From: Gammaproteobacteria bacterium | Lineage (GTDB): Bacteria > Pseudomonadota > Gammaproteobacteria > Tethybacterales > Persebacteraceae | Assembly (NCBI GenBank): GCA_965221835.1 | Contig: OZ244916.1 | Span: 528,750-592,749, forward strand | Reading direction: 5' to 3' | Length of the DNA stretch: 64,000 nt | The notes under the pieces: generated by a model | Told to the model about the DNA's origin: nothing | Databases searched by the model: none | What the model saw: only the letters and a program-made list of their open reading frames with translations | Shown here: piece by piece, positions 56,004 to 64,000 of the stretch | Layout: each line of letters begins with the position of its first letter | Numbering within the stretch: the stretch's first letter is position 1 | Translations under genes and position numbers: made by a program

Positions 56004-56673
56004 GCAATTGGCCGCCGCGCAAAGTGTAGACCGTGTCAAATCGTTTTAAGATATCGTGATTGTGCGTGACAAACAACAGCGTGGAGTTGTGTTCGCGCGC
56101 CGCACCGAGCAACAAATCCAATACTTCGCGCCCGGTGTCGTAATCTAAATTGCCGGTTGGTTCATCTGCCAGCAAAAGTTCGGGGCGCACCGAAAATGCG
56201 CGGGCGATGGCGACCCGCTGCCGTTCGCCGCCCGACAACTGCGAAGGAAAATGTCCCGTGCGCGCCGCGAGTCCGACTGCTTCCAAAGCGCGCGCGGCTT
56301 CTTCGGCGGCGTCTGTTCGTCCTTGCAATTCCAGCGGCAGCGCGGCGTTTTCCAGCGCGGTCATTGTTTCCAAAAGATGAAAATGTTGAAAGACAACGCC
56401 GATTTTGTCGCGCCGCAAATCGGCGAGACCGTTTTCGTTTAGCGCATTTAAGTTTTCGCCTAATGTGCGTACTTCGCCGCTGTCCGGGCGCAACAATCCG
56501 GCGATAACGGCGAGCAAACTCGTTTTGCCCGCACCGGACGGACCGGTCAGCGCGACCGATTCGCCGGCGGCGACGGAAAGAGTCGTTTGGTTGAGAACAT
56601 GTACCGAGGCGCCGAAAGAAAGAGAGACGTCCGATAACTTCACCGCCTCGGATGGTATAGAATCTTGTTTCAT
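55993..56673 (-). CDS. ybbA: ABC transporter ATP-binding protein (YbbA/LolD-like)
   Basis: 226 aa. Contains GPSGAGKTS, LSGGERQRVAIARA and LLADEPTGNLD. Confidence 0.9.
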   Translation of the reverse strand: MKQDSIPSEAVKLSDVSLSFGASVHVLNQTTLSVAAGESVALTGPSGAGKTSLLAVIAGLLRPDSGEVRTLGENLNALNENGLADLRRDKIGVVFQHFHLLETMTALENAALPLELQGRTDAAEEAARALEAVGLAARTGHFPSQLSGGERQRVAIARAFSVRPELLLADEPTGNLDYDTGREVLDLLLGAAREHNSTLLFVTHNHDILKRFDTVYTLRGGQLHVG

Positions 56674-57292
56674 GAGAAATTTAATTATAACACTAATTTT
56701 CGCCGCCGCTTTCGCCGCGATTTCAAATGCCGCAGACGGCGTTCGCGTTGCCGCGTTCGGCGATAGTTTATCGGCGGGTTACGGCTTGCCGGAAGAAGAC
56801 GGATTCGCGCCCGCTTTGCAAAAAGAGTTGCGCGCAGCGGGAGTCGCCGCCGAAGTTTTTAACGCCGCCGTTTCCGGCGATACTTCCGCCGATGGATTGT
56901 TGCGGGTAGATTGGATGTTGCGACAAACGCGCCCCGATATTGTTGTGGTGGAATTCGGCGCGAACGATATGTTTCGCGGTTTTCCCGCACCGCTAATTCA
57001 AAAAAATCTTGCGCAAATCATAACGCGAATTCGCGAAAGCGGCGCGCGCGTTCTGCTCGCCGGCATGCGCGCCCCGCGCAACTATAACGCGCAATACCGG
57101 CGGGAGTTGGCGGAAATGTACGACAATCTCGCCGCGCAGTTTGACATTTCGCTGTATCCGTTTTTTTTGGAAGGCGTAGCGTTAAATCCGGAATTGAATC
57201 TCGCGGACGGCATCCATCCGAACGCGGCGGGCGTGCGTAAAATTGCGGGCAATATCGCGCCGCTAATCGCCGAAATGGTGCGCACACAATGA
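56672..57292 (+). CDS. tesA: periplasmic SGNH arylesterase/thioesterase I (TesA-like)
   Basis: Trimmed to MRNLIITLIFAAAFAAISNA. Contains FGDSLSAGYGL, VSGDTSADGL, FGANDM and DGIHPN. Divergent from ybbA-ybbP, as in E. coli. Confidence 0.85.
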   Translation: MRNLIITLIFAAAFAAISNAADGVRVAAFGDSLSAGYGLPEEDGFAPALQKELRAAGVAAEVFNAAVSGDTSADGLLRVDWMLRQTRPDIVVVEFGANDMFRGFPAPLIQKNLAQIITRIRESGARVLLAGMRAPRNYNAQYRRELAEMYDNLAAQFDISLYPFFLEGVALNPELNLADGIHPNAAGVRKIAGNIAPLIAEMVRTQ

Positions 57293-57768
57293 TGCGTTTG
57301 TCGTGTTTGGGCGGGGCGGGCATTTGTTTTGCGTCTTTGGCGATTGCCTATTTTTATATGGAGCGTTATTTGCTTTTGGCGCCGTGTCCGCTATGCATTC
57401 TTGACCGCATTGTGGTTGCGGCGATGGGATTTACATTTTTGGCGGCGGCGTTTTTGCCGAATTGGCGGCGCGTTTTGTGGGGGGCGAATGCGTTGTTTTT
57501 GGCGGCGGGTTTTGTTTTTGCCGGTCGTCATATTTGGCTGCAAAATCGTCCGCCGGACGAATCGGCGGGATGCCTTTCCGATTCCGCCGCCGCCGAATCT
57601 TTGATTGAAATTGTCCGTCTCGCGTTTGATGCGTCCGGCGATTGCGGCGCGATATATTGGGAATTCGCCGGATTAAGTATTCCCGAACAAGTGTTCATTT
57701 TGTTTCTGGCATTCGCGGCGTTGCTGGCGTGGCAGGGATATGCGTTGTTTGTCGCCCCTAAAAAATGA
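57289..57768 (+). CDS. dsbB: disulfide bond formation protein B
   Basis: 159 aa, four TM segments, CPLCILDR motif and a second Cys pair (GCLSD...GDC). Confidence 0.8.
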   Translation: MMRLSCLGGAGICFASLAIAYFYMERYLLLAPCPLCILDRIVVAAMGFTFLAAAFLPNWRRVLWGANALFLAAGFVFAGRHIWLQNRPPDESAGCLSDSAAAESLIEIVRLAFDASGDCGAIYWEFAGLSIPEQVFILFLAFAALLAWQGYALFVAPKK

Positions 57769-58871
57769 CGCCGTCCGGCGTGAGTAAAGTACGCGAAATT
57801 GTCGGCGAAATCGCCGCCGGACGAATGATTGTACTGGTCGACGACGAAGATCGCGAAAATGAAGGAGATTTGCTGATTGCCGCGAATTTTGCGGATGCGG
57901 CGGCGATTAATTTTATGGCGGCGGAAGGGCGCGGTTTGATTTGTCTGGCGTTGACTGCCGAACAGTGCGACCGATTAAAATTGCCGCTGATGTCGCCGGC
58001 GAATCAATCCGCATTCGGCACAAATTTTACCGTTTCCATAGAATCCGCTTGCGATGTGACGACCGGCATTTCCGCGCATGACCGCGCCCGCACAGTGGCG
58101 GCGGCGGCAAATCCCGCAGCACACGCCGAAGATATTGTGTCGCCCGGGCATATATTTCCGTTGCGCGCCGATCCCGGCGGCGTATTGGTACGCGCCGGAC
58201 ACACCGAAGCGGGATGCGATTTGGCGCGATTGGCGGGTTTGTTTCCCGCCGCCGTAATTTGCGAAGTAATGAACGGCGACGGCACGATGGCGCGATTGGA
58301 AGACCTTAAAATTTTCGCCGCCCGTCATCATCTAAAAATCGGTACTATTAAAAGTTTAATAGAATACCGTTTGCATAACGAAGCGTTGGTGCGGCGCGAA
58401 TCGGAAACGACAGTAGACACCGCCGCCGGAGAATTCAAACTCGTTTCTTATCGCGATTCGGTTGCCGGACATTTGCATCTCGCGTTTTGTGCGGGAAAAA
58501 TGGATGCGCAAACGCCCGCCGCAGTGCGGGTTTTGGTTGCGCCGACTTTTTTGGATGGCATTCTCGCGGAGTTGCCGGAACGGTCGTGGAGCATATTGGA
58601 ATCGTTGCGCCGCATTGCCGAAGACGGCTGCGGCGCTTTGGTTTTGCTCGGTGCGGACGAAGTAAATGTGGAGCAAATTTGTGCGCAGTTGCGTTCGCTG
58701 TCGCAAGAAACGCCGTCCGTGCCGGTTGCGGGGCGGTTGCGTACTTACGGAATTGGCGCACAAATTTTGCGTGATTTGGGGGCGGGCAAAATTCGCCTGC
58801 TATCCAGCCGCCTGACAATTCCGAGTTTGGAAGCGTTCGGATTGGAAATTGCGGAAGTAATTGAACGATGA
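57765..58871 (+). CDS. ribB: 3,4-dihydroxy-2-butanone-4-phosphate synthase with degenerate GTP-cyclohydrolase-II-like C-terminal domain
   Basis: 368 aa. Contains GRMIVLVDDEDRENEGDLLIAA and RAGHTEAGCDLARLAG. The C-terminal domain lacks the Cys zinc ligands; VRVLVAPTFLDGIL sits where VHSECLTGD..CDCG is expected. Confidence 0.85.
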   Translation: MTPSGVSKVREIVGEIAAGRMIVLVDDEDRENEGDLLIAANFADAAAINFMAAEGRGLICLALTAEQCDRLKLPLMSPANQSAFGTNFTVSIESACDVTTGISAHDRARTVAAAANPAAHAEDIVSPGHIFPLRADPGGVLVRAGHTEAGCDLARLAGLFPAAVICEVMNGDGTMARLEDLKIFAARHHLKIGTIKSLIEYRLHNEALVRRESETTVDTAAGEFKLVSYRDSVAGHLHLAFCAGKMDAQTPAAVRVLVAPTFLDGILAELPERSWSILESLRRIAEDGCGALVLLGADEVNVEQICAQLRSLSQETPSVPVAGRLRTYGIGAQILRDLGAGKIRLLSSRLTIPSLEAFGLEIAEVIER

Positions 58872-59269
58872 AAGCCGCGGTGGTTGTCGCCGATTTTTAC
58901 GCCGATATTGCCGGCGCGCTTTTGGAATCGTGCGAAACCGCGCTTGCCGCAGCGGACATTAAAATGATGCGGATAGTGCGCGTGCCGGGGGCGTTAGAAA
59001 TTCCATTTGCGTTGCAAACCGTCGCGGCACAAAATTTGCCGCAAATGATGATTGCGTTGGGATGCGTTATTCGCGGCGAAACTTATCATTTTGAAACCGT
59101 CGCCGACATTTGCGCGCGCGGTATTTTGCAAGTGCAATTGCAAACAAACATTCCTGTCGGCAACGGCGTTCTGACCGTGGAAAATATGGCGCAGGCAATT
59201 GCGCGCACAAACAAAGGCGCAGACGCCGCGCGCGCCGCGATATGTCTCGCCGAAATTCGCAATGCCTGA
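58868..59269 (+). CDS. ribH: 6,7-dimethyl-8-ribityllumazine synthase (short form)
   Basis: 133 aa. Contains VPGALEIPFA, LGCVIRGETYHFE and GNGVLTVENMAQA. Confidence 0.85.
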   Translation: MKAAVVVADFYADIAGALLESCETALAAADIKMMRIVRVPGALEIPFALQTVAAQNLPQMMIALGCVIRGETYHFETVADICARGILQVQLQTNIPVGNGVLTVENMAQAIARTNKGADAARAAICLAEIRNA

Positions 59270-60074
59270 ACGACACAAATGGACAAAAGAAGACGACATT
59301 CTCGTACTGGATTTGTATTTTCGCGCGCCCGATTTATCCGCGGCGCATCCCGAAGTACAACACACGGCGAAAACAATTAAAACGACCGCGGCGAGTGTGG
59401 CAATGCGCGCAAAAAACTTCGCCGCATTAAATCATTTACATTCCGGCGCGGGATTGCAAAATATCGCCGTTTCAAGCCGGGAAGTGTGGGCGGAATATTG
59501 TTATGATGATCGCTGGATGTTGCAACAACTCGCGCAAACTCCGGCGCGCAATTTTGGCGAAGCATGTCGGGATGCGGAACGATTGCAGCGGGACGCGAAG
59601 GCGATTTTGCGCCGCCGATTGCCGCCGCCGAATGTGTCTCGGCGCGAGGCGCGGCGGGCGGCGATGCATTCGTTGTATGCGGCGGCAATGCAAAATATCA
59701 CAGCAACAGCGGCGCTTTCGCAACTGTGTGCGGCGACTCATTCGCTGCGGAAGAAAGCGGCGTTTTCCGATTCGTTGCCGCGTGCTGTTGCCGATTTTGC
59801 CGATTCGTGCGGCGAAGAAATTGCACGACAAATTACTGCCGCCGCATCGCGCGCACCGGAACGAATTAGCGCGGTAGAATCGGCAATTTTACGCGCCGCC
59901 GTTGCCGAATTGTTGTTGCCGCAAACGCCGCCGGTTAATGTGATAATTAACGAAGCCGTGGAACTCGCAAAAGAATTCGGTGCGGAAGGCGGACACAAAA
60001 TTGTCAACGGCGCGTTGGACAAAATCGCCGCCCGATTGCGAGAAAACGATTCGCCGGACGATGCGCGAGAGTGA
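59262..60074 (+). CDS. nusB: transcription antitermination factor NusB with an unusual ~125-aa N-terminal extension
   Basis: The NusB core runs from about 59634 (SRREARRAAMHSLYAA...INEAVELAKEFGAEGGHKIVNGALDKIA). The frame stays open upstream to ATG 59262, which overlaps the ribH stop. A GTG at 59634 is an alternative start that would give a normal-length NusB. Confidence 0.75.
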   Translation: MPERHKWTKEDDILVLDLYFRAPDLSAAHPEVQHTAKTIKTTAASVAMRAKNFAALNHLHSGAGLQNIAVSSREVWAEYCYDDRWMLQQLAQTPARNFGEACRDAERLQRDAKAILRRRLPPPNVSRREARRAAMHSLYAAAMQNITATAALSQLCAATHSLRKKAAFSDSLPRAVADFADSCGEEIARQITAAASRAPERISAVESAILRAAVAELLLPQTPPVNVIINEAVELAKEFGAEGGHKIVNGALDKIAARLRENDSPDDARE

Positions 60075-61002
60075 AGTTATCGCCCGTTTTTTTCGTTTCG
60101 CGTCCGGTGCGCGGACGATAATCGGGGCGGGAGAAGACGATGCGGCGGTATTGTCGCCGCCGCCGCGAACGCGTTTGGTTTGCAGCAGCGATTCGCTAAT
60201 TGAAGATGTGCATTTTTTCGCCGATGCGGATTCGTATTTTCTGGCGCGCAAATCGGCGGCGGTCAGTTTGTCGGACATTGCCGCGATGGGCGCGCGCCCG
60301 CTGTGGATGACGGTCGCGCTGGCGGCAAACGACAAAAAAACGAAATGGTTCGCGCGTTTCGCCGAAGGATTGAAAAGCAGCACCGCCGAATTCGGTTATG
60401 CAATTGTCGGCGGCGATTTGTGTCGTGCCGCGAAAGTGCATATTACGACAACCGTTATCGGCGCGCTAAAACATCCGCCGTTGTTGCGAAGCGGTGCGCG
60501 GGCGGGCGAAGATGTATGGATTTCGGGCGCGCCGGGAGAAGCGGCGTTGGCGGTGCATTGTCGCAAAAACGGCGCGGACAAAATCCCGCCGAAACATTTG
60601 CGGGCGGCAAACGAAAGATTGCATAATCCGTCTCCGCGTTTAAGTTTGGGATACAAACTCGCAAAAATCGCATCGGCGGCGATTGATATGTCGGACGGTT
60701 TGGCGGCGTGCGCGAACGCGATTGCGGCACGGTCAGGCGTGAAAATTATTTTGCATTTGCGCGACATTCCGCCGCCGCCGTGTTTGGAAAATTTACCGCC
60801 GGATTTGCGACAAAATTTAATGTTGTGCGGCGGCGACGATTACGAGTTATTTTTTTGCGCACCGCAAAATGCCCGCCGCAAACTATCGCACACAAATGCG
60901 ATTCGCATCGGCGAAACTGCGGTCGGCGGCGGCGTAAAAATTGTCGGCGAAAACGGTGCGACTTTCGCCGCACGAGGTTATGAACATGACTTCGGCGGAT
61001 AA
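60061..61002 (+). CDS. thiL: thiamine-monophosphate kinase
   Basis: Trimmed to MRESEVIARFF...GAGEDDAAVL. Contains LSDIAAMGARP and GGDL. Confidence 0.85.
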   Translation: MRESEVIARFFRFASGARTIIGAGEDDAAVLSPPPRTRLVCSSDSLIEDVHFFADADSYFLARKSAAVSLSDIAAMGARPLWMTVALAANDKKTKWFARFAEGLKSSTAEFGYAIVGGDLCRAAKVHITTTVIGALKHPPLLRSGARAGEDVWISGAPGEAALAVHCRKNGADKIPPKHLRAANERLHNPSPRLSLGYKLAKIASAAIDMSDGLAACANAIAARSGVKIILHLRDIPPPPCLENLPPDLRQNLMLCGGDDYELFFCAPQNARRKLSHTNAIRIGETAVGGGVKIVGENGATFAARGYEHDFGG

Positions 61003-61456
61003 AAAATTCGTTTTCGGAGACGCGGGCAATTGCATCGCTTTCGGATTCGGACTCGGACTCGCACCGAAAATGCCGGGGACGGCGGGGACTTTGGCGGCGT
61101 TTCCGTTGTATTGGATTTTTTGCGAATCGCCCGCACGATGGGCGGTGTTTGTTTTGCTTTTCGGTGCGGGCGTTTATCTTTGCGGGCGGGCATGTGCGAT
61201 GTTAAAAAAACACGATGACAGCGGAATCGTGCTGGACGAAATCGCGGCATTTTACGCAGTTTTACTTTTAACACCGGCGGAAACCGAATGGCAAGCGGCG
61301 GCATTTATTTTGTTTCGCATTTTTGATGCGACAAAACCGCCGCCGATTGGCTGGCTGGACAAAAATATGCACGGCGGTTTCGGCGTGATGATTGACGACA
61401 TTGCGGCGGCGGCGTTGACTCTCGCAGTTTTGTCGGCAATAAAATACGCGTTATGA
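60986..61456 (+). CDS. pgpA: phosphatidylglycerophosphatase A
   Basis: Trimmed to MTSADKKF...GFGLGLAPKMPGTAGTLAA.... Contains DDSGIVLDEIAAF, FRIFDATKPPPIGWLD and GFGVMIDDI. Confidence 0.85.
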   Translation: MTSADKKFVFGDAGNCIAFGFGLGLAPKMPGTAGTLAAFPLYWIFCESPARWAVFVLLFGAGVYLCGRACAMLKKHDDSGIVLDEIAAFYAVLLLTPAETEWQAAAFILFRIFDATKPPPIGWLDKNMHGGFGVMIDDIAAAALTLAVLSAIKYAL

Positions 61457-61929
61457 TTTGCCCGCCGGCATTGCTGAAAATCGCGTGCGAGGCGGGGGCG
61501 GCGGCGAAAAAACGCGGCGTTTTATTGTCGGCGGCGGAATCTTGCACCGGCGGTTTGATTGCGGCGGCATTGACGCATTTTCCCGGTTCGTCGGAATGGT
61601 TTTGCCGCGGAATCGTATCGTATTCTAATGCGGCGAAAATGGATTTATTGAATGTGCCGGAAAAAACTTTGCGACAATTCGGGGCGGTCAGCGAAGAGAC
61701 GGCGGCGGCGATGTGCATCGGAATCGGCGATTTTTCGCTTGCCGTCAGCGGTGTCGCCGGACCGGCGGCAAGCGAAAACAAACCCGCCGGAATGGTATGT
61801 TTCGGCTTTCGTTGCGGCGGCGAAGTGCGCACCGAAACACGACATTTTGCGGGCGACCGCGATTCCGTCCGCCTCGCCGCCGCCTGTCATTCTCTGCAAA
61901 CAATAACAAAAATGTTGCGACAAATTTAA
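61453..61929 (+). CDS. pncC: CinA-family nicotinamide-nucleotide amidohydrolase (PncC domain)
   Basis: 158 aa. Contains AESCTGGLIAAALT..PGSSEWF.RGIVSYSNAAK and VSGVAGP. Confidence 0.85.
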   Translation: MICPPALLKIACEAGAAAKKRGVLLSAAESCTGGLIAAALTHFPGSSEWFCRGIVSYSNAAKMDLLNVPEKTLRQFGAVSEETAAAMCIGIGDFSLAVSGVAGPAASENKPAGMVCFGFRCGGEVRTETRHFAGDRDSVRLAAACHSLQTITKMLRQI

Positions 61930-61974
61930 TTTTTCGCCGATTTTATAAGTTAAAAATCTCCGATTTTATTCCCC

Positions 61975-62305
61975 GCCTCCCCGCCGTCATTTTTTACCAT
62001 TCCGATGTAAATCGGAATCTCCCCCGCCGCCGTAATTTTCGCCGACAAAATCCCGCCTTCCCCGCTGTCATTCCCGCGAACGCGGGAATCCATTTTCGCC
62101 GATAAATTCCCGCGTTCACGCCGTTTTTTGCGAAAAAAATGCGCGGGAATTCCAAAATTAATTTTCGCGTAAAATGTGCCGCCTCCCCGCCGTCATTCCC
62201 GCGAAAGCGGGAATCCATTTTTACCGACAAATTCCCGCGTTCACGCCGTTTTTTGCGAAAAAAATGTGCGGAAATTCCAAACTTAATTTTCGCGTAAAAT
62301 GTGCC
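61975..62305. repeat. intergenic hairpin-repeat array: two 125-bp tandem units plus a related upstream hairpin
   Basis: ATTCCCGCGAACGCGGGAAT at 62070-62089 and ATTCCCGCGAAAGCGGGAAT at 62195-62214, exactly 125 bp apart. Related ATTCCGATGTAAATCGGAAT at 61999-62018. The units 62056-62180 and 62181-62305 are near-identical. Confidence 0.85.
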
Positions 62306-62379
62306 ACCCCCGATTCCATTCCCGCCCGTTTTTTCGCGGAATTACCGCCGCCCCTTTTTCCATTTCCGCCTTTTGCGAA

Positions 62380-62402
62380 TTCGGGCGGGATTATGCTATA
62401 CT
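62380..62402 (+). promoter_or_regulatory. conserved promoter box TTCGGGCGGGATTATGCTATACT (TTGCGA -35 candidate at 62374-62379)
   Basis: The same box as at 27017 and 48537, followed by TTTCGC, then AGAGGAG RBS and ATG 62436. Confidence 0.5.
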
Positions 62403-62435
62403 TTCGCAGACATTTTTAATCAGAGGAGCAAAACC

Positions 62436-64000
62436 ATGAAAAACACAATCAATAAAATCATTCTTTTCGCCGCTGTTTTGTTTGCGGCGGGATTTACCGT
62501 TTCGGCGGCGAATGCGCAACAACAGGTTGTTTTTGGTCCGCCGCCGCCCGAAGGAGACCATATTGTCGGAACGCAATGGGTTCCAGAAGGACAATCGGCA
62601 CTGATATATGAATTTACCGATTCTATTCAAGAACATTACAGAAGGAATTCAGGGGCAATATCATGGACAACATGGATGAGATTTTTGGCTATTAACAACG
62701 CCCCGGTAAGAGTAACCAATAATCTTCCCGTATTTCAGATATCCGCTACTGAAATGCGTGAGATACAACCGGGCGACAATTTGATTTTGTATGACCAATT
62801 GGAACAGAGTCATAACTTGACTCTTATCGTTTATATTCGGGCAGACAACGAGTATGGGTTGGCGATGAGTTTAAGTGTGGCAATTAATCCCATGCCTTTA
62901 TCGCCTCCGAATATATTTTTGAATTCCTTAACTTTTCGTTCGACTTCACAGCCCGCCGCAACAAATATCAGACCGGTAAATATCATATTGCCGGATTGCA
63001 CCGGCGGTGCAACGCTGAATGGAAATGTTTGCGAATGTGCAACTGACGCATTGCCGATATTGCAAGACGATGGCGGAAACTCCTTTTCCTGCCGTGCCCC
63101 TAACTCCGCAACCGAATGCCCGGACGAATTTTTTAACAACGCCGTTTCACCCGCCCGATGCGACCCGATTCCGACTTGCGACACAACAACGGAATTAAAT
63201 ACCGGTACGAATATGTGCGATTGCAGAACCGGATTTTCCGGAAGAGTAAGCCCGACAATGTGCGAAAGAAACGCAGCGGATTGCACGGGAGCGACTCCTG
63301 TTTTGTTTAACGGCATTTGCGTAGCCGCTTGTGAATCGGACGAAGCAAGAAACGCCGCCGGAAACTGCGTACCGAATCCTGCAAATTGCGAGGCGAATGC
63401 GATTACTAACCCGGACGATGATATGAATTGCATTTGCATTGACGACATGCATCAATTTGTTGCAGGTTCCACAACGGAATGCGAACCGATTCCCGCAACT
63501 TGCGGGGCGAATGCGATAAATGACCCGAACGATAATACGATGTGCGTTTGCGTTGACGAAATGCATAGATTTGTTGAAGGTTCTACGACAATGTGCGAAC
63601 CGAATTCGCAAGATAACATGGAAGAAACCGAAATGGGAAACGAAATGGAAACCGAAATGGAAGAATCGCAAAATCCGCAATTGCAACCGCAAAACATTGG
63701 AAGCGGCAGACCGAAAGAGTTTGCGTATATCGGGGCGGGCGTTTTTATTATCGGTTTTGCAGCAAGTTATATTGCAGGCGGCGATTTTCCGATATTCACT
63801 TATTCCCCCGATTTTGGATATTCGTTAACCGAAAGCGGCTATTCCGCAAATGTCGGCGGACGGGCGGATTTCCGAAAAGACAATTGGCATTTGTATTATT
63901 CCGCAAATCAAACAAACGCAAACGGCGAATTTGACGATTTCCGTTATACATCGGGCGGCAGATATAACGGCGATTTATTTGCGGCGGCATTTTCCGAATC
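62436..64000 (+). CDS. Cys-rich repeat / beta-barrel-anchor family member 3 (3' end outside the window)
   Basis: Absent from the ORF track because it has no stop in the window. I translated it codon by codon with no stop: MKNTINKIILFAAVLFAAGFTVSAANAQQ..., Cys modules (CEANAITNPDDDMNCICIDDMHQFVAGSTTEC twice), hydrophobic FAYIGAGVFIIGFAASYIAGG, then PDFGYSLTESGYSANVGGRADFRKDNWHLYYSANQTN..., matching the C-domains of members 1 and 2. Confidence 0.85.
   Translation, partial: MKNTINKIILFAAVLFAAGFTVSAANAQQQVVFGPPPPEGDHIVGTQWVPEGQSALIYEFTDSIQEHYRRNSGAISWTTWMRFLAINNAPVRVTNNLPVFQISATEMREIQPGDNLILYDQLEQSHNLTLIVYIRADNEYGLAMSLSVAINPMPLSPPNIFLNSLTFRSTSQPAATNIRPVNIILPDCTGGATLNGNVCECATDALPILQDDGGNSFSCRAPNSATECPDEFFNNAVSPARCDPIPTCDTTTELNTGTNMCDCRTGFSGRVSPTMCERNAADCTGATPVLFNGICVAACESDEARNAAGNCVPNPANCEANAITNPDDDMNCICIDDMHQFVAGSTTECEPIPATCGANAINDPNDNTMCVCVDEMHRFVEGSTTMCEPNSQDNMEETEMGNEMETEMEESQNPQLQPQNIGSGRPKEFAYIGAGVFIIGFAASYIAGGDFPIFTYSPDFGYSLTESGYSANVGGRADFRKDNWHLYYSANQTNANGEFDDFRYTSGGRYNGDLFAAAFSE

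Noticed and set aside
62070-62214. Assignment to Neisseria on the basis of dRS3-format repeats (ATTCCC-N8-GGGAAT)
   Set aside because: The format matches, but I did not notice the Neisseria DNA uptake sequence GCCGTCTGAA (only a near miss, GCCGTCTGAT, at 27081-27090). Gene order such as rpsO next to nuoF is not Neisseria-like. Similar hairpins occur in many proteobacteria.

Overview
A 64-kb chromosomal segment from a proteobacterium of roughly 55-58% G+C. That figure comes from hand counts on a few 60-nt samples, and the species cannot be identified from the sequence. The smc-zipA-ligA, tesA/ybbA-ybbP and dsbB-ribBA-ribH-nusB-thiL-pgpA-pncC synteny points to gamma- or beta-proteobacteria. I call about 60 protein genes and 2 tRNAs. 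Housekeeping blocks are pnp-rpsO, nuoF/nuoG/nuoH, folP, a TRAP transporter, ahcY, peptide and amino-acid ABC components, acpP-fabF, smc-zipA-ligA, a carnitine-catabolism pair and the riboflavin/nusB/thiL cluster. The accessory material between these blocks is the interesting part. (i) A 4-kb insertion between nuoF and nuoG carries a DXD-family glycosyltransferase-like gene, a stand-alone GIY-YIG nuclease, a small membrane protein and a near-identical triplicated RelE/ParE-like two-gene module. The third copy has a swapped antitoxin C-terminus and toxin N-terminus. (ii) A three-member family (15285-18068; 48587-50641, which has an in-frame TGA; 62436 to the window end) encodes secreted Cys-rich repeat proteins. 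Each ends in a ~155-aa beta-barrel-like domain with a terminal Phe, and members share promoter and signal-peptide cassettes. (iii) A 5.6-kb island (27203-32832) encodes exported lipoproteins, ankyrin-repeat proteins and a vWA protein, assembled from re-used leader, 3'-module and terminator cassettes. (iv) An ~80-nt structured RNA motif occurs twice, with compensatory stem changes. (v) Several hairpin or MITE-like intergenic repeats are present. I saw no integrase, transposase, CRISPR array or rRNA. Many long ORFs in the track are antisense shadows of real genes in GC-rich DNA and are not called.
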